DNA of 34,448 bases. It comes from Calditrichota bacterium. GTDB taxonomy: Bacteria > Calditrichota > Calditrichia > RBG-13-44-9. The position numbers and the translations under genes are program-made. Below are positions 18,680 through 27,648 of this stretch, piece by piece. The notes below the pieces were generated by a model that saw nothing but the letters and a program-made list of their open reading frames with translations, had not been told where the DNA came from and did not search any database. The first letter of the stretch is position 1, and every line of letters starts with the position of its first letter. The stretch is from NCBI GenBank assembly GCA_024276455.1, contig JAJRXE010000091.1:1-34448 (forward strand), in the 5' to 3' direction.

Positions 18680-19372
18680 TTAGGGGTCTATCCGTTCGCG
18701 GGCCCATTTTACGATTTGCTCCACCTGTTCTTCAATCGTTAGATGGGTGGTATCCAGTTCCAGGGCATCGGGCGCTTTTTTTAAGGGGCCGTGAGTCCGA
18801 TTCATGTCTTCCCAATCCCGCCGTCGAATTTCCTGCAAAATTTGTTCCAGCGGTACTTCAATGCCTTTTTGTGCCAACTCTTTTTGCCGGCGGCGAGCCC
18901 GTTCTTCCGCACTGGCTTGCATAAACACCTTTAATTCCGCCTGGGGAAACACTACTGTACCGATGTCGCGACCATCCATGACCACCCCGCCGTGCCGGCC
19001 CAGCTCTTGCTGTTTGCGCACTAAAATTTCCCGCACCTGCGGGTTGGCGGCCACCGGACTAATATTCCGATCGATGTCGGGGGTACGAATCTCCCGGGAG
19101 ACCTCTTCCCCGTTCAGATAAATCACCGTCTGTCCGGGAGCTCCGTCGCTGCGGAAACGGATGTCCGCTTCCCGGGCAATCCGGGCCACCGCGGCAGCGT
19201 CGTGCACATCGATCCCTTTTCGCAAGGCCAGCAGTGTCACCGCCCGATACATGGCGCCGCTGTCGATGTACAAATAACCCAATTTCTGCGCCACCCGGCG
19301 AGCGGTGGTACTTTTCCCACTCGCCGCCGGACCGTCAATAGCAATGGTAATTTTTTTAGTGCTGTTCTTCAC
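18680..19372 (-). CDS. cmk: Cytidylate kinase
   Basis: Motifs IAIDGPAASGKST, DSGAMYRA, VMDGRDIGTVVFP and RRRD. Confidence 0.97.
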   Translation of the reverse strand: MKNSTKKITIAIDGPAASGKSTTARRVAQKLGYLYIDSGAMYRAVTLLALRKGIDVHDAAAVARIAREADIRFRSDGAPGQTVIYLNGEEVSREIRTPDIDRNISPVAANPQVREILVRKQQELGRHGGVVMDGRDIGTVVFPQAELKVFMQASAEERARRRQKELAQKGIEVPLEQILQEIRRRDWEDMNRTHGPLKKAPDALELDTTHLTIEEQVEQIVKWARERIDP

Positions 19373-20126
19373 CCAGAACCTCGTGCTTTCGCTCCTCCAC
19401 CATTCTCTTCAAACGCGCTACTTCTTCCTCGTTTAAAAGGCGCCACTCCCCTTCTTTTAAGTCGCTGACCCGCAAGCCGGCGAATTCGATGCGATGAAGC
19501 TCTTTAACCTGATATCCCAACACGTCAAACATTCTACGGATTTGACGATTCCGACCTTCATGAAGTTCCACTTCCAGGTAACTGCAGTTGTCAATAATCC
19601 GCAGCTCTTCCGCCCGGCAGGGTGCCGTTTTCCGTCCGTCCAACTCAATCCCCAGTCGGAAATAATGTAAATCAATGGGGCGAATCCGTTTATTTAACAG
19701 CACCCGGTAAATTTTGGAAACCTCAAATTTGGGATGCGCCAGAAAGTAGGCCAGTTCACCATCGTTCGTCAGCAGCAAGGCACCGGTCGTATTGTAGTCC
19801 AGGCGTCCCACCGGGAATATTCTCTCCGGAATGTTTACCACATCCACCACCGTTTTGCGATGTTTTTCGTCCTTTAAGGTGGTCACGGTTTTTAAAGGTT
19901 TGTTCAGCAAAATGTAAAGGAAATTTTTTTGTAAGCTTAACCGTTCTCCCTGATACTCCACCACATCCCGCTCCGGATCAATTCGAACTCCCATGCGGGT
20001 CACGACTTCTCCGTTCAACTTCACCTGTCCGCTGGCAATAATTTCATCGCACTTGCGGCGCGACCCCACCCCGCACATGGCCAGAAACCTATTCAGCCGA
20101 ATCCGATTTTTCTCCCTCTGCTCCAT
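19356..20126 (-). CDS. rluB: rRNA pseudouridine synthase (RluB/RsuA family) with S4 domain
   Basis: Motifs RLNRFLAMCGVGSRR, LNKP, PVGRLDYNTTGALLLTNDG and EGRNRQIRRM; typical position after scpB. Start is 20126 or 20138. Confidence 0.9.
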   Translation of the reverse strand: MEQREKNRIRLNRFLAMCGVGSRRKCDEIIASGQVKLNGEVVTRMGVRIDPERDVVEYQGERLSLQKNFLYILLNKPLKTVTTLKDEKHRKTVVDVVNIPERIFPVGRLDYNTTGALLLTNDGELAYFLAHPKFEVSKIYRVLLNKRIRPIDLHYFRLGIELDGRKTAPCRAEELRIIDNCSYLEVELHEGRNRQIRRMFDVLGYQVKELHRIEFAGLRVSDLKEGEWRLLNEEEVARLKRMVEERKHEVLGEEQH

Positions 20127-20805
20127 TTTGAGTACCATTGTTTTGTCCGTTCTCTTTCATTCCCAAAATATTCGGGTTAATCTGTTTTAATAATGCCTCA
20201 TGGTAAGGACTGGTTTCATCCTCCACATCGATGAGCTCTTCGATTTCTTTTAATTTGGGCAAATCGTCCAGAGAATTTAGTCCGAAATAATCCAGAAATT
20301 GCCGGGTGGTTTTGTACAGAAAAGGGCTCCCCGGTGCTTTCGCTCGTCCGGCAATGGTAATCAGGTTCCGGCTCAAAAGCCCTTTAATCACACCGTCCAC
20401 ATTCACACCCCGGATTTCCTCGATTTCGTGTTTGGTAATCGGTTGTTTGTAGGCAATAATCGCCAGCGTTTCCAGGGCTTTCTGGGTCAGGCGAGATTTT
20501 TGCCGGGATCGGTAAAGCTGCTCCACGTAAGCGGTGTACTCCGGCAGGGTAAACATCTGGAAGCCCCCGGCAATTTCCTTAATTTCAAACGAGCGATTGG
20601 TCTCGCGATACTGTTCATTTAATCGGGAAATAAACGCACGAATTTCCCGGGCCGTCAAATCGGGAAGAATCTCTTTTAAACGGGAAATACTGAGCGGTTG
20701 ATCCGAAGAAAAGAGCAAAGCTTCAATAACCGGCATTAAATAAGGGCGTTTCTCTTCCGGCGTTCCGTTTTCCCGGTTCTCTTCCGGTGTCCTGGTTTCT
20801 TCCAT
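20089..20805 (-). CDS. scpB: SMC-Scp complex subunit ScpB
   Basis: Motifs IEALLF, ALETLAIIAYKQPITKHEIEEIRGV and LYKTTRQFLDYFGLNSLDDLP. Confidence 0.96.
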   Translation of the reverse strand: MEETRTPEENRENGTPEEKRPYLMPVIEALLFSSDQPLSISRLKEILPDLTAREIRAFISRLNEQYRETNRSFEIKEIAGGFQMFTLPEYTAYVEQLYRSRQKSRLTQKALETLAIIAYKQPITKHEIEEIRGVNVDGVIKGLLSRNLITIAGRAKAPGSPFLYKTTRQFLDYFGLNSLDDLPKLKEIEELIDVEDETSPYHEALLKQINPNILGMKENGQNNGTQNGAEGEKSDSAE

Positions 20806-20858
20806 GGTCCTCTAAATCGCGTTAAATGAAAAGAGTCTGCCTAAACCCATTAATCGGT

Positions 20859-21707
20859 TCAATGTTTGCCGTCGTGAATTTTTTTTACGGAAACATTAGA
20901 ATTTTCGGCATTCGCCTGTTGATTTTCCAGTTCCTTAGCGGAGAGAATATCTTGCTCGCGAACCCGTAAGTAACATTCGTAAGAACAGTCGCGCAAAGGC
21001 ACCAGGCGAATCTCTCCGAAGGCTTCCGACTGTTTGGCGGCCAGCAGTTGCAGCCGAATGAGATCCAGAATAGCCATGAAGGTTACCACCAATTCCATGC
21101 GCGATCGCAGCGGTTTCACCACTTCACTGAATAGAGCGTAAGGTTTCCCCTTCAACTGATCGATCAGAAAGGCCACCTGCTGGTCCAGGGTCACCTTGAT
21201 TACCTTGACCTGATGCACCGTTACTTTGGGCATATTGTCCAGCGCTGTTTTAAAAGCAGTAATCAGATCGAACAGGGTAACATCTTCCAACGGTTCTTCC
21301 TCTCCGGTCGTGGCGGATTTTTTCACCGTTTCCGGAACGGCCCGTGGAAAATACTGCCTTCGTTCGCGTTCTTTTTGAGCGAGCGGTTGAGTGGCTTCTT
21401 TGAATTGACGGTATTCCAGCAATTGCGCCACCAGAGCGGCCCGCGGATCCACCGGCTCTTCATCTTCCAGTGGTTCCGGTTGCGGCAACAACATCCGCAC
21501 CTTAATCAACATCAGGGTTGCCACCATTTCAATAAACTCCCCTGCCACGTCCAGATCCAGCATCTTCATCAGTTCCAGATATTCCAGATATTGGCGGGTA
21601 ATTTCCGCAATGGGAATGTCGTAAACATCCACCTCATTTTTCTTAATGAGGTACAACAACAAATCAAAAGGCCCCTCAAAAATGGGGAGTTTTATTTTGT
21701 AAGGCAT
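20859..21707 (-). CDS. scpA: Segregation and condensation protein A (kleisin)
   Basis: Motifs FEGPFDLLLYLI, DIPIAEITRQYL, KVRMLLP, DPRAALVAQLLEY and VVTFMAILDL. Confidence 0.96.
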   Translation of the reverse strand: MPYKIKLPIFEGPFDLLLYLIKKNEVDVYDIPIAEITRQYLEYLELMKMLDLDVAGEFIEMVATLMLIKVRMLLPQPEPLEDEEPVDPRAALVAQLLEYRQFKEATQPLAQKERERRQYFPRAVPETVKKSATTGEEEPLEDVTLFDLITAFKTALDNMPKVTVHQVKVIKVTLDQQVAFLIDQLKGKPYALFSEVVKPLRSRMELVVTFMAILDLIRLQLLAAKQSEAFGEIRLVPLRDCSYECYLRVREQDILSAKELENQQANAENSNVSVKKIHDGKH

Positions 21708-21833
21708 AATTGGGATTTGGTTAAATGTTAGAACCGTATTGCTTTCATGTGACGATCTTACACGGATCGGCTGTTTTTCTGAACCGCAACCAAACGCCGG
21801 TACCCCTCTATTCCGGGCCGCCGCTCCTCTTCA

Positions 21834-22832
21834 TCAGGCGTCCGGATTGAAACGTAAAATACCGCAATGGCTTCGTACCCGTTCCATGACTTCCCGGGCT
21901 TTTTCGCGGGCTTTTTTCGCTCCCTCTTTTAATACATCATGGACAATGTCCCGGTGCTGTAACAAATGCTCCCTTCTCTCCCGCGCTTCGGCAAAATAGT
22001 CCCAGATTTTCGCCAGCAATTCCTTTTTGGCATGCCCGTATCCGTAACCGCCTGCCAGGTACTTCTGCCGCATCGCTTCCGTTTCCTCCGGCGTGGCAAA
22101 CAGCTTATACAGAGCAAACACATTGGATTTGTCCGGATCCTTGGGCGCTTCCAGCGGGGTCGAATCGGTGACGATACTCATAACTTTCTGCTTTAGGGTT
22201 TTGTAATCGGCAAAGATTTCGATGGTGTTGCCGTAGCTCTTGCTCATTTTCTGCCCGTCGATGCCCGGTACCACCGCCACCTCCGGCATGATCAATTCTT
22301 CCGGTACCACAAACGTTTCACCAAACACATGATTGAATTTAATGGCGATGTCGCGGGTCATCTCCAGATGTTGCTTTTGATCCTTGCCCACCGGCACGAC
22401 CTCGGAATCGTAAATTAGAATATCCGCCGCCATGAGCACCGGGTAGGCAAACAAACCGTGATTGGGAGAAATCCCTTTGGCTATTTTATCTTTATATGAA
22501 TGAGCCCGTTCTAACAGGCCCATGGGAGTTACATTGGAAAGAATCCAGGCTAATTCGGTTACTTCCGGAACATCACTTTGAATAAACAGGGTGGCTTTCT
22601 GGGGGTCCAGGCCCAGCGCCAGGTAATCCAGCGCCACTTTAAAGGTGGCATCTTCTAACTTCTCCTTCTCCTGAATGCTGGTAAGCGCATGGTAATTAGC
22701 CACGAAGTAAAAACATTCGTTATCTTCCTGCAAGGCAATGTGTTGCCGAATTGCCCCGAAATAGTTTCCAATATGCAAATCGCCGGAAGGCTGAATTCCG
22801 CTTAATACCCGTTTCTTTTTGATGTTTAACAT
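21834..22832 (-). CDS. trpS: Tryptophan--tRNA ligase
   Basis: Motifs SGIQPSGDLHIGNYFGA, YPVLMAADIL, VPVGKDQKQHLE and KMSKS. Confidence 0.97.
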   Translation of the reverse strand: MLNIKKKRVLSGIQPSGDLHIGNYFGAIRQHIALQEDNECFYFVANYHALTSIQEKEKLEDATFKVALDYLALGLDPQKATLFIQSDVPEVTELAWILSNVTPMGLLERAHSYKDKIAKGISPNHGLFAYPVLMAADILIYDSEVVPVGKDQKQHLEMTRDIAIKFNHVFGETFVVPEELIMPEVAVVPGIDGQKMSKSYGNTIEIFADYKTLKQKVMSIVTDSTPLEAPKDPDKSNVFALYKLFATPEETEAMRQKYLAGGYGYGHAKKELLAKIWDYFAEARERREHLLQHRDIVHDVLKEGAKKAREKAREVMERVRSHCGILRFNPDA

Positions 22833-22874
22833 GGATATTCCCTTCCCTTAATCCTTCCATTTTTTTAACCTCAA

Positions 22875-22903
22875 ATTATAATTAAAGAACCCGCTGTAAC
22901 CAA
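22875..22903 (-). promoter_or_regulatory. Sigma70-type promoter for trpS-scpA-scpB-rluB-cmk
   Basis: TTGGTT-N17-TATAAT on the minus strand, about 40 nt upstream of the trpS ATG. Confidence 0.65.
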
Positions 22904-22909
22904 CAAATA

Positions 22910-22946
22910 TTTTTTAAAGCAGGGTCGAAGTTAACCCGCTTTTTAA
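22910..22946 (-). terminator. Possible terminator hairpin after the HNH gene
   Basis: The minus strand reads AAAGC-GGGT-TAACTTCG-ACCC-T-GCTTT, an imperfect stem with only a short U tract. Confidence 0.35.
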
Positions 22947-23030
22947 GGGTGCTTCCTTCCCAAAAATCTCCTTGCCGGTAAGGAAAGCCCTTAGGGGATG
23001 AGATGCCTACAAAATGTCACCAAGGAAGCT

Positions 23031-23537
23031 TTAATCTTTGATGAATAAATAGGGTTTCCAGTGTTCGTCCCGTACCCCCACAATTTTCTGCAGGTAGAAG
23101 AAATAGTGGGGTTTCTTGGGTTGACGGATCAACTTCATACCAGCCTGCTCGGGAGTCCGGTTGGCTATGCGGTGGTTGCAGGCCTGGCAGGCTACCACCA
23201 GATTTTCCCAGACATCCTTGCCGCCGTAATGCTTCGGAATGACGTGATCGATGGTCAGTTCGCCGCCCTTTCGACCACAATACTGGCAGGTGTAATTGTC
23301 GCGAATCAACAGGTTCTTCCGGTTCAACAAAATCCGCCGGGGCGGAATGCGAATCCGGCGTAACAGGCGAATTACGCTGGGAATCGGATAGGTTCGATTA
23401 ATGGTGTGAATATAGCCGGAATTTTTCTCCACCATCTCGGCTTTTTCTAAAAAAAGCAGCACCATTGCCCGCTTAACGCTGCAAATGGAGACGGGTTCGT
23501 AATTTTGATTCAATAGTAAAACCGGCCGACTTAACAT
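23031..23537 (-). CDS. Stand-alone HNH endonuclease (McrA-like, zinc-binding)
   Basis: Motifs VLLLNQNYEP, PSVIRL, RDNYTCQYCG, TIDHVIP and WENLVVACQACN. ATG 23537 is preferred because the promoter places the transcription start near 23554. Confidence 0.9.
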   Translation of the reverse strand: MLSRPVLLLNQNYEPVSICSVKRAMVLLFLEKAEMVEKNSGYIHTINRTYPIPSVIRLLRRIRIPPRRILLNRKNLLIRDNYTCQYCGRKGGELTIDHVIPKHYGGKDVWENLVVACQACNHRIANRTPEQAGMKLIRQPKKPHYFFYLQKIVGVRDEHWKPYLFIKD

Positions 23538-23560
23538 GGGAACCCCCAAAAACAAGCGTT

Positions 23561-23590
23561 AATATAATTTGCGCTTCTTAAAGATGTCAA
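23561..23590 (-). promoter_or_regulatory. Sigma70-type promoter for the HNH gene
   Basis: TTGACA-N18-TATATT on the minus strand. Confidence 0.65.
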
Positions 23591-23677
23591 GTATTTTCAA
23601 ATATTGCTTTTTCTTGTTCACCTTTTTTTTGTTAATTTAAACCTGAATCTGAAAACCAATACGACGGAGGAATAAAA

Positions 23678-24637
23678 ATGGATCCCTTAAAAAACGCGGC
23701 GTTGATTGCAGTGCGGGACTGTCTGGCTGTTCAACCCCTGGAAACCGTTCTGGTGGTGACCGACCGGGAACGGCGGAAAATCGGTTACGCCCTTTTCGAG
23801 GCCGCCCTGGAATTGGGGCAGGAAGCGTTCCTGCTGGAGATGAAAGCCCGGGAGTTCAACGGACAGGAACCGCCCCCGGCGGTGGCGGAAATGATGAAAT
23901 TGGTGGACGTGGTGCTTTGCCCCACGACCAAATCGCTAACCCACACCGACGCCCGCCGGAAAGCCTGTGCCACCGGTACCCGGGTGGGTACCCTGCCCGG
24001 CATTACCGAAGATATGATGATCCGCACCATGAGCGCCGACTACCATCGCATTGCGGAATTGACCCACAAGGTGTCCGAAATTCTGAATAAGGGAAATGTA
24101 GCCCACCTGAGCACTGCCCGGGGTACGGACATCACCATTCCCATTGCAGGCATCACCGCTATCTCTTCCACCGGTCTAATTACCAAACCGGGAACATTCG
24201 GCAATCTGCCTTCCGGAGAGTCCTATCTGATGCCCCGGGAAGGCGAATCCGAAGGGGTGTTTGTCGTGGACGGTTCCCTGGCCGGGATTGGCAAAATCAC
24301 CGACCAACCGGTGCGAATTAAAGTTGAGAAGGGGTTTGCCACCGACATAACCGGTGGAAAGGAAGCCAAAAAACTGATTGAAATGGTGGAAGCCATAGGC
24401 GAGCAGGCGCGCAATCTGGCCGAACTGGGAGTGGGGACCAATTACATGGCCCAGGTGACCGGAGAAATTTTAGAGGACGAAAAAGTGCTGGGTACGGTGC
24501 ATCTGGCGCTGGGCAATAACGTTTCCATGGGCGGTTCGGTCAACGTTGGGTTTCATGTGGATGGAATCATCCTCAATCCCACGCTGAAAATCGATGACGA
24601 ATACCTGCTGAAAGACGGAAAATTGCTGGTAGATTAA
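23678..24637 (+). CDS. Aminopeptidase, M29 (thermophilic metalloprotease / AmpS-like) family
   Basis: Motifs GQEPP, SLTHT, GTDIT, NLPSGE, AELGVGTN, ILEDEKVLGTVHLALG and HVDGI; GGAGG SD. Confidence 0.85.
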   Translation: MDPLKNAALIAVRDCLAVQPLETVLVVTDRERRKIGYALFEAALELGQEAFLLEMKAREFNGQEPPPAVAEMMKLVDVVLCPTTKSLTHTDARRKACATGTRVGTLPGITEDMMIRTMSADYHRIAELTHKVSEILNKGNVAHLSTARGTDITIPIAGITAISSTGLITKPGTFGNLPSGESYLMPREGESEGVFVVDGSLAGIGKITDQPVRIKVEKGFATDITGGKEAKKLIEMVEAIGEQARNLAELGVGTNYMAQVTGEILEDEKVLGTVHLALGNNVSMGGSVNVGFHVDGIILNPTLKIDDEYLLKDGKLLVD

Positions 24638-24690
24638 GTGCCCCGCTCCTCCAATCCCTGAAAAAATGGAATTAAAATTACCCTACCATT

Positions 24691-24719
24691 AAAAAAGCCC
24701 GGTACGTGCCGGGCTTTTT
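24691..24719. terminator. Bidirectional rho-independent terminator
   Basis: AAAAAAGCCCGG-TACGTG-CCGGGCTTTTT between convergent genes. Confidence 0.9.
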
Positions 24720-24748
24720 AAGTAAAAACGTTTGTTCTTTCAGCAAAA

Positions 24749-25429
24749 TCAAGTTTTCATTTTAATCATGTTTAAGAGAATCTCCGCCTTCCCTTTGTAA
24801 ATAGTACGCTCGTAGTCGTCCACTACCAACTGGGCCAGCGTTTGGGCTTTTTCGTTATTGCCGGCTTCGAAATAGGCCCGGGCGGCAGAATAAAAATAAG
24901 AAGCGGCCAGCGGATTATCTTTGTCCACGCGGGCGGCCCGTTCGTAATATTTGGCTGCCTCCGCCGTGTTTCCTTCCGAGAGCAGACAATCTCCGTATCC
25001 CGCCAGCGCGGCCGCCGTAAGCAACTTGTCGTCAGCATAATCGTCGATGTATTTCTGGAAATAGATTTTGGCGCTGTCGTACTGATCGCTCTGCCAATAA
25101 ATTTTGGCCAACAGGAAACACCCCTGCCCGGCGTACTTGGTTCCTGAGAATTCCTCCAGCAACTGCTTCAACATCTCTTTTGCTTTGGACTGATTCATGC
25201 GATTGTACTCAAATAATGCCTCGCCGTACAACTGATTGGCATGCTCCGCTGCACTGCGTCGGGAACTAATGTACATGGTTATTACCAGGATCAAGACCAG
25301 AATCCCGATTCCGACGTACATCAACGTCCGGGCATGCTCTTCGGCGTATTCCCGGGCTTTCAGCGTGTACAGGATAAACTTGTCCTGCTTGAGCTCTCTC
25401 TTGGTAATCTTCTTTTTCGGTTTTAACAT
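24749..25429 (-). CDS. Membrane-anchored tetratricopeptide repeat protein (YfgM-like)
   Basis: Basic N-terminus KKKITKRELKQDKF, a single transmembrane helix and TPR-like helices; GAGGAG SD. Confidence 0.85.
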   Translation of the reverse strand: MLKPKKKITKRELKQDKFILYTLKAREYAEEHARTLMYVGIGILVLILVITMYISSRRSAAEHANQLYGEALFEYNRMNQSKAKEMLKQLLEEFSGTKYAGQGCFLLAKIYWQSDQYDSAKIYFQKYIDDYADDKLLTAAALAGYGDCLLSEGNTAEAAKYYERAARVDKDNPLAASYFYSAARAYFEAGNNEKAQTLAQLVVDDYERTIYKGKAEILLNMIKMKT

Positions 25430-25465
25430 TCCAATCTCCTCATGTACTTGGTTTACTTCGCGTTG

Positions 25466-25539
25466 TGCCCCAGACAGGATTCGAACCTGTGACCTCCGGA
25501 TTAGGAATCCGATGCTCTATCCGGCTGAGCTACTGGGGC
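25466..25539 (-). tRNA. tRNA-Arg (anticodon CCT)
   Basis: The reverse complement GCCCCAGTAGCTCAGCCGGATAGAGCATCGGATTCCTAATCCGGAGGTCACAGGTTCGAATCCTGTCTGGGGCA folds into a cloverleaf with anticodon loop TT-CCT-AA and a TTCGAAT T-loop. CCA is not encoded. Confidence 0.97.
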
Positions 25540-25614
25540 AAAGGCTCTCGTCTTTCTTTTGAAAGCGGCTCTCGACACCGGCCAATCTTTTCCAAGCCAC
25601 TTTCGGCGAGGCTA

Positions 25615-25643
25615 AATATAAAAATACAAATGCAGGCAATCAA
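25615..25643 (-). promoter_or_regulatory. Sigma70-type promoter for tRNA-Arg
   Basis: TTGATT-N17-TATATT on the minus strand, about 75 nt upstream of the tRNA. Confidence 0.6.
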
Positions 25644-25671
25644 TACACAATATTTTTTAACGGGAACACTA

Positions 25672-27483
25672 TTAATTTTGCACTTTGGCCGCGTAGGTCC
25701 GCACCCAGCGGCGCATGAGAACAGCCCCCGAAACCACAGCGGTCGCCGTCAGAATAATGGCCGGAAGATAATTTTCGTACAGCCAGTAGCCGGTGGCAAA
25801 CAAGAAACTGTACACAAAGAGCACCCCGAGCAACACCAGCACCATTTCTCCCGGCACACTCCACTTCTCTTTTAAATACATTTCCACTTCTTCCCCGTTA
25901 CGGCGGGCCGCTTCCAATACAGGTTTCCAGCCCGGACCGCCCGGGTGCACTTTGCGGTAAAAGCTCCAGAGGGTCTCCTGGTCGGACGGTCGGGTTAAAA
26001 ACGTGACCCCAATCCACCCCACGGTGGTGATGAACACGCCAATGACCAAACTCTGCCATTCCACCAGAGGCGGAAGTCCAATCCGGGGATAAATGATCTC
26101 GAAAAACACCGCCACCAGGAAGGAAATAATCATGGCCGCCAGCTCGCTGATAGCATTAATACGCCACCAGAACCAGCGCAGTAAAAAAAGCAGCCCGGTG
26201 CCGGCACCAATTTGCAGGAGGATATGAAAAGCTTGCAGGGCGTTGCTCAGAAAGAGAGCCAGAATAGCCGCCAGAACCATCAGGAGAAAAATGGAGAGGC
26301 GTCCCACCAGCACCAATTCTTTTTGGGAGGCATCCTTTTTAATAAAGCGCTGGTAAAAATCGTTCACCAAATAGGAAGCCCCCCAGTTCAGGTGGGTGGA
26401 AATGGTGGACATAACCGCCGCAATGAGCGAAGCCACCACCACCCCCAGCAACCCGTTGGGCAAATAGGTCAACATGGCCGGGTAGGCCAGATCGTTTTTA
26501 ATGATTCCGGAAGCTACATTGGGAAAAGCATTCTGAAGAGATTGCAAGTCCGGGAAGACCACCAGCGAAGCCAATGCCACCAGAATCCAGGGCCAGGGCC
26601 GCAAAGCGTAATGGGCAATATTGAAAAACAGGGTCGCTCCGATGGCGTTTTTCTCGTCCCGGGCGGCCAGCATCCGCTGGGCAATGTACCCACCACCGCC
26701 CGGTTCCGCCCCGGGGTACCACACACTCCACCACTGCACCGCCAGGGGAATGACGAACACCGTAATCACCAGCGAGCTGTTGTGGAAATCCGGTAAAATG
26801 GAAATTTTCTCTCGCACCGCCGGGTGATTCAGCAGATTTCCCAGTCCCCCCACTTCCGGCAAATTGACGATGATGTAAGCGGCAAACACCGAACCGCCCA
26901 TGGCAATCAGAAACTGAATGAAATCGGTAATCAGCACACCGCGCAGACCACCCAGCATGGTGTAGATTACCACAATGAGGGAGGTAATCACCACCGTTTC
27001 CAGCGGAGAAATACCCAGCATGACACCCCCAATTTTAATGGAAGCCAGCAATACCACCGCCATGATCATCACGTTAAAAAACAATCCCAGATACACCGCC
27101 CGGAAACCTCGCAAGAACGCGGCGGACCTCCCACTGTAGCGCAGCTCGTAGAATTCGATGTCGGTCAGCACCTCGGAACGGCGCCAGAGTTTGGAGTAGA
27201 TGAACACCGTCACCATGCCGGTAAGCAGGAACGCCCACCAGAGCCAGTTGCCCGCCACCCCGTGCTGGCGCACCATGTCGGTCACCAGATTGGGGGTGTC
27301 TGCAGAGAAAGTGGTGGCCACCATGGAAACGCCCAACAACCACCAGGGCATACTGCGGCTGGAGGCAAAAAATTCCGTGGCGTCCGAGCCGGCCCGGCGG
27401 GCCACCAGCACGCCCACCAACAGTGAAACAACAAAGAACGCAACAATGGAAATCCAATCAATGAATTGCAGGGTCATAGACAT
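25672..27483 (-). CDS. Sodium:solute symporter (SSS/SLC5) family transporter, substrate unknown
   Basis: Many transmembrane helices; motifs MPWWLLGVSMVATTFSADTP, ELRY, GGLRGVLITDFIQF, YIAQRMLAA and AAVMSTISTHLN. Confidence 0.92.
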   Translation of the reverse strand: MSMTLQFIDWISIVAFFVVSLLVGVLVARRAGSDATEFFASSRSMPWWLLGVSMVATTFSADTPNLVTDMVRQHGVAGNWLWWAFLLTGMVTVFIYSKLWRRSEVLTDIEFYELRYSGRSAAFLRGFRAVYLGLFFNVMIMAVVLLASIKIGGVMLGISPLETVVITSLIVVIYTMLGGLRGVLITDFIQFLIAMGGSVFAAYIIVNLPEVGGLGNLLNHPAVREKISILPDFHNSSLVITVFVIPLAVQWWSVWYPGAEPGGGGYIAQRMLAARDEKNAIGATLFFNIAHYALRPWPWILVALASLVVFPDLQSLQNAFPNVASGIIKNDLAYPAMLTYLPNGLLGVVVASLIAAVMSTISTHLNWGASYLVNDFYQRFIKKDASQKELVLVGRLSIFLLMVLAAILALFLSNALQAFHILLQIGAGTGLLFLLRWFWWRINAISELAAMIISFLVAVFFEIIYPRIGLPPLVEWQSLVIGVFITTVGWIGVTFLTRPSDQETLWSFYRKVHPGGPGWKPVLEAARRNGEEVEMYLKEKWSVPGEMVLVLLGVLFVYSFLFATGYWLYENYLPAIILTATAVVSGAVLMRRWVRTYAAKVQN

Positions 27484-27648
27484 TCCTCTCCAGATGAAAA
27501 CTGATCGAATTTTTTAACCACGCATTACACCAATTGACACGATTTAAAACGAAACCAAAATGAATCAGCAGTTTCTCAGAAATAAGGCGATTTTCTCTCC
27601 GGACCAGGCGAATTTTTCGCTACTTGCATTTTCACCAGCCATTCACGC

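Noticed and set aside
22833-23030. T-box or attenuator upstream of trpS
   Set aside because: The predicted promoter leaves only about 35 nt of leader, and there is no T-box consensus or Trp-rich leader peptide.
27516-27545. AACCACGCATTACACCAATTGACACGATTT, resembling short CAC-periodic intergenic repeats
   Set aside because: It is a single degenerate copy with no inverted partner in the window, too weak to call.
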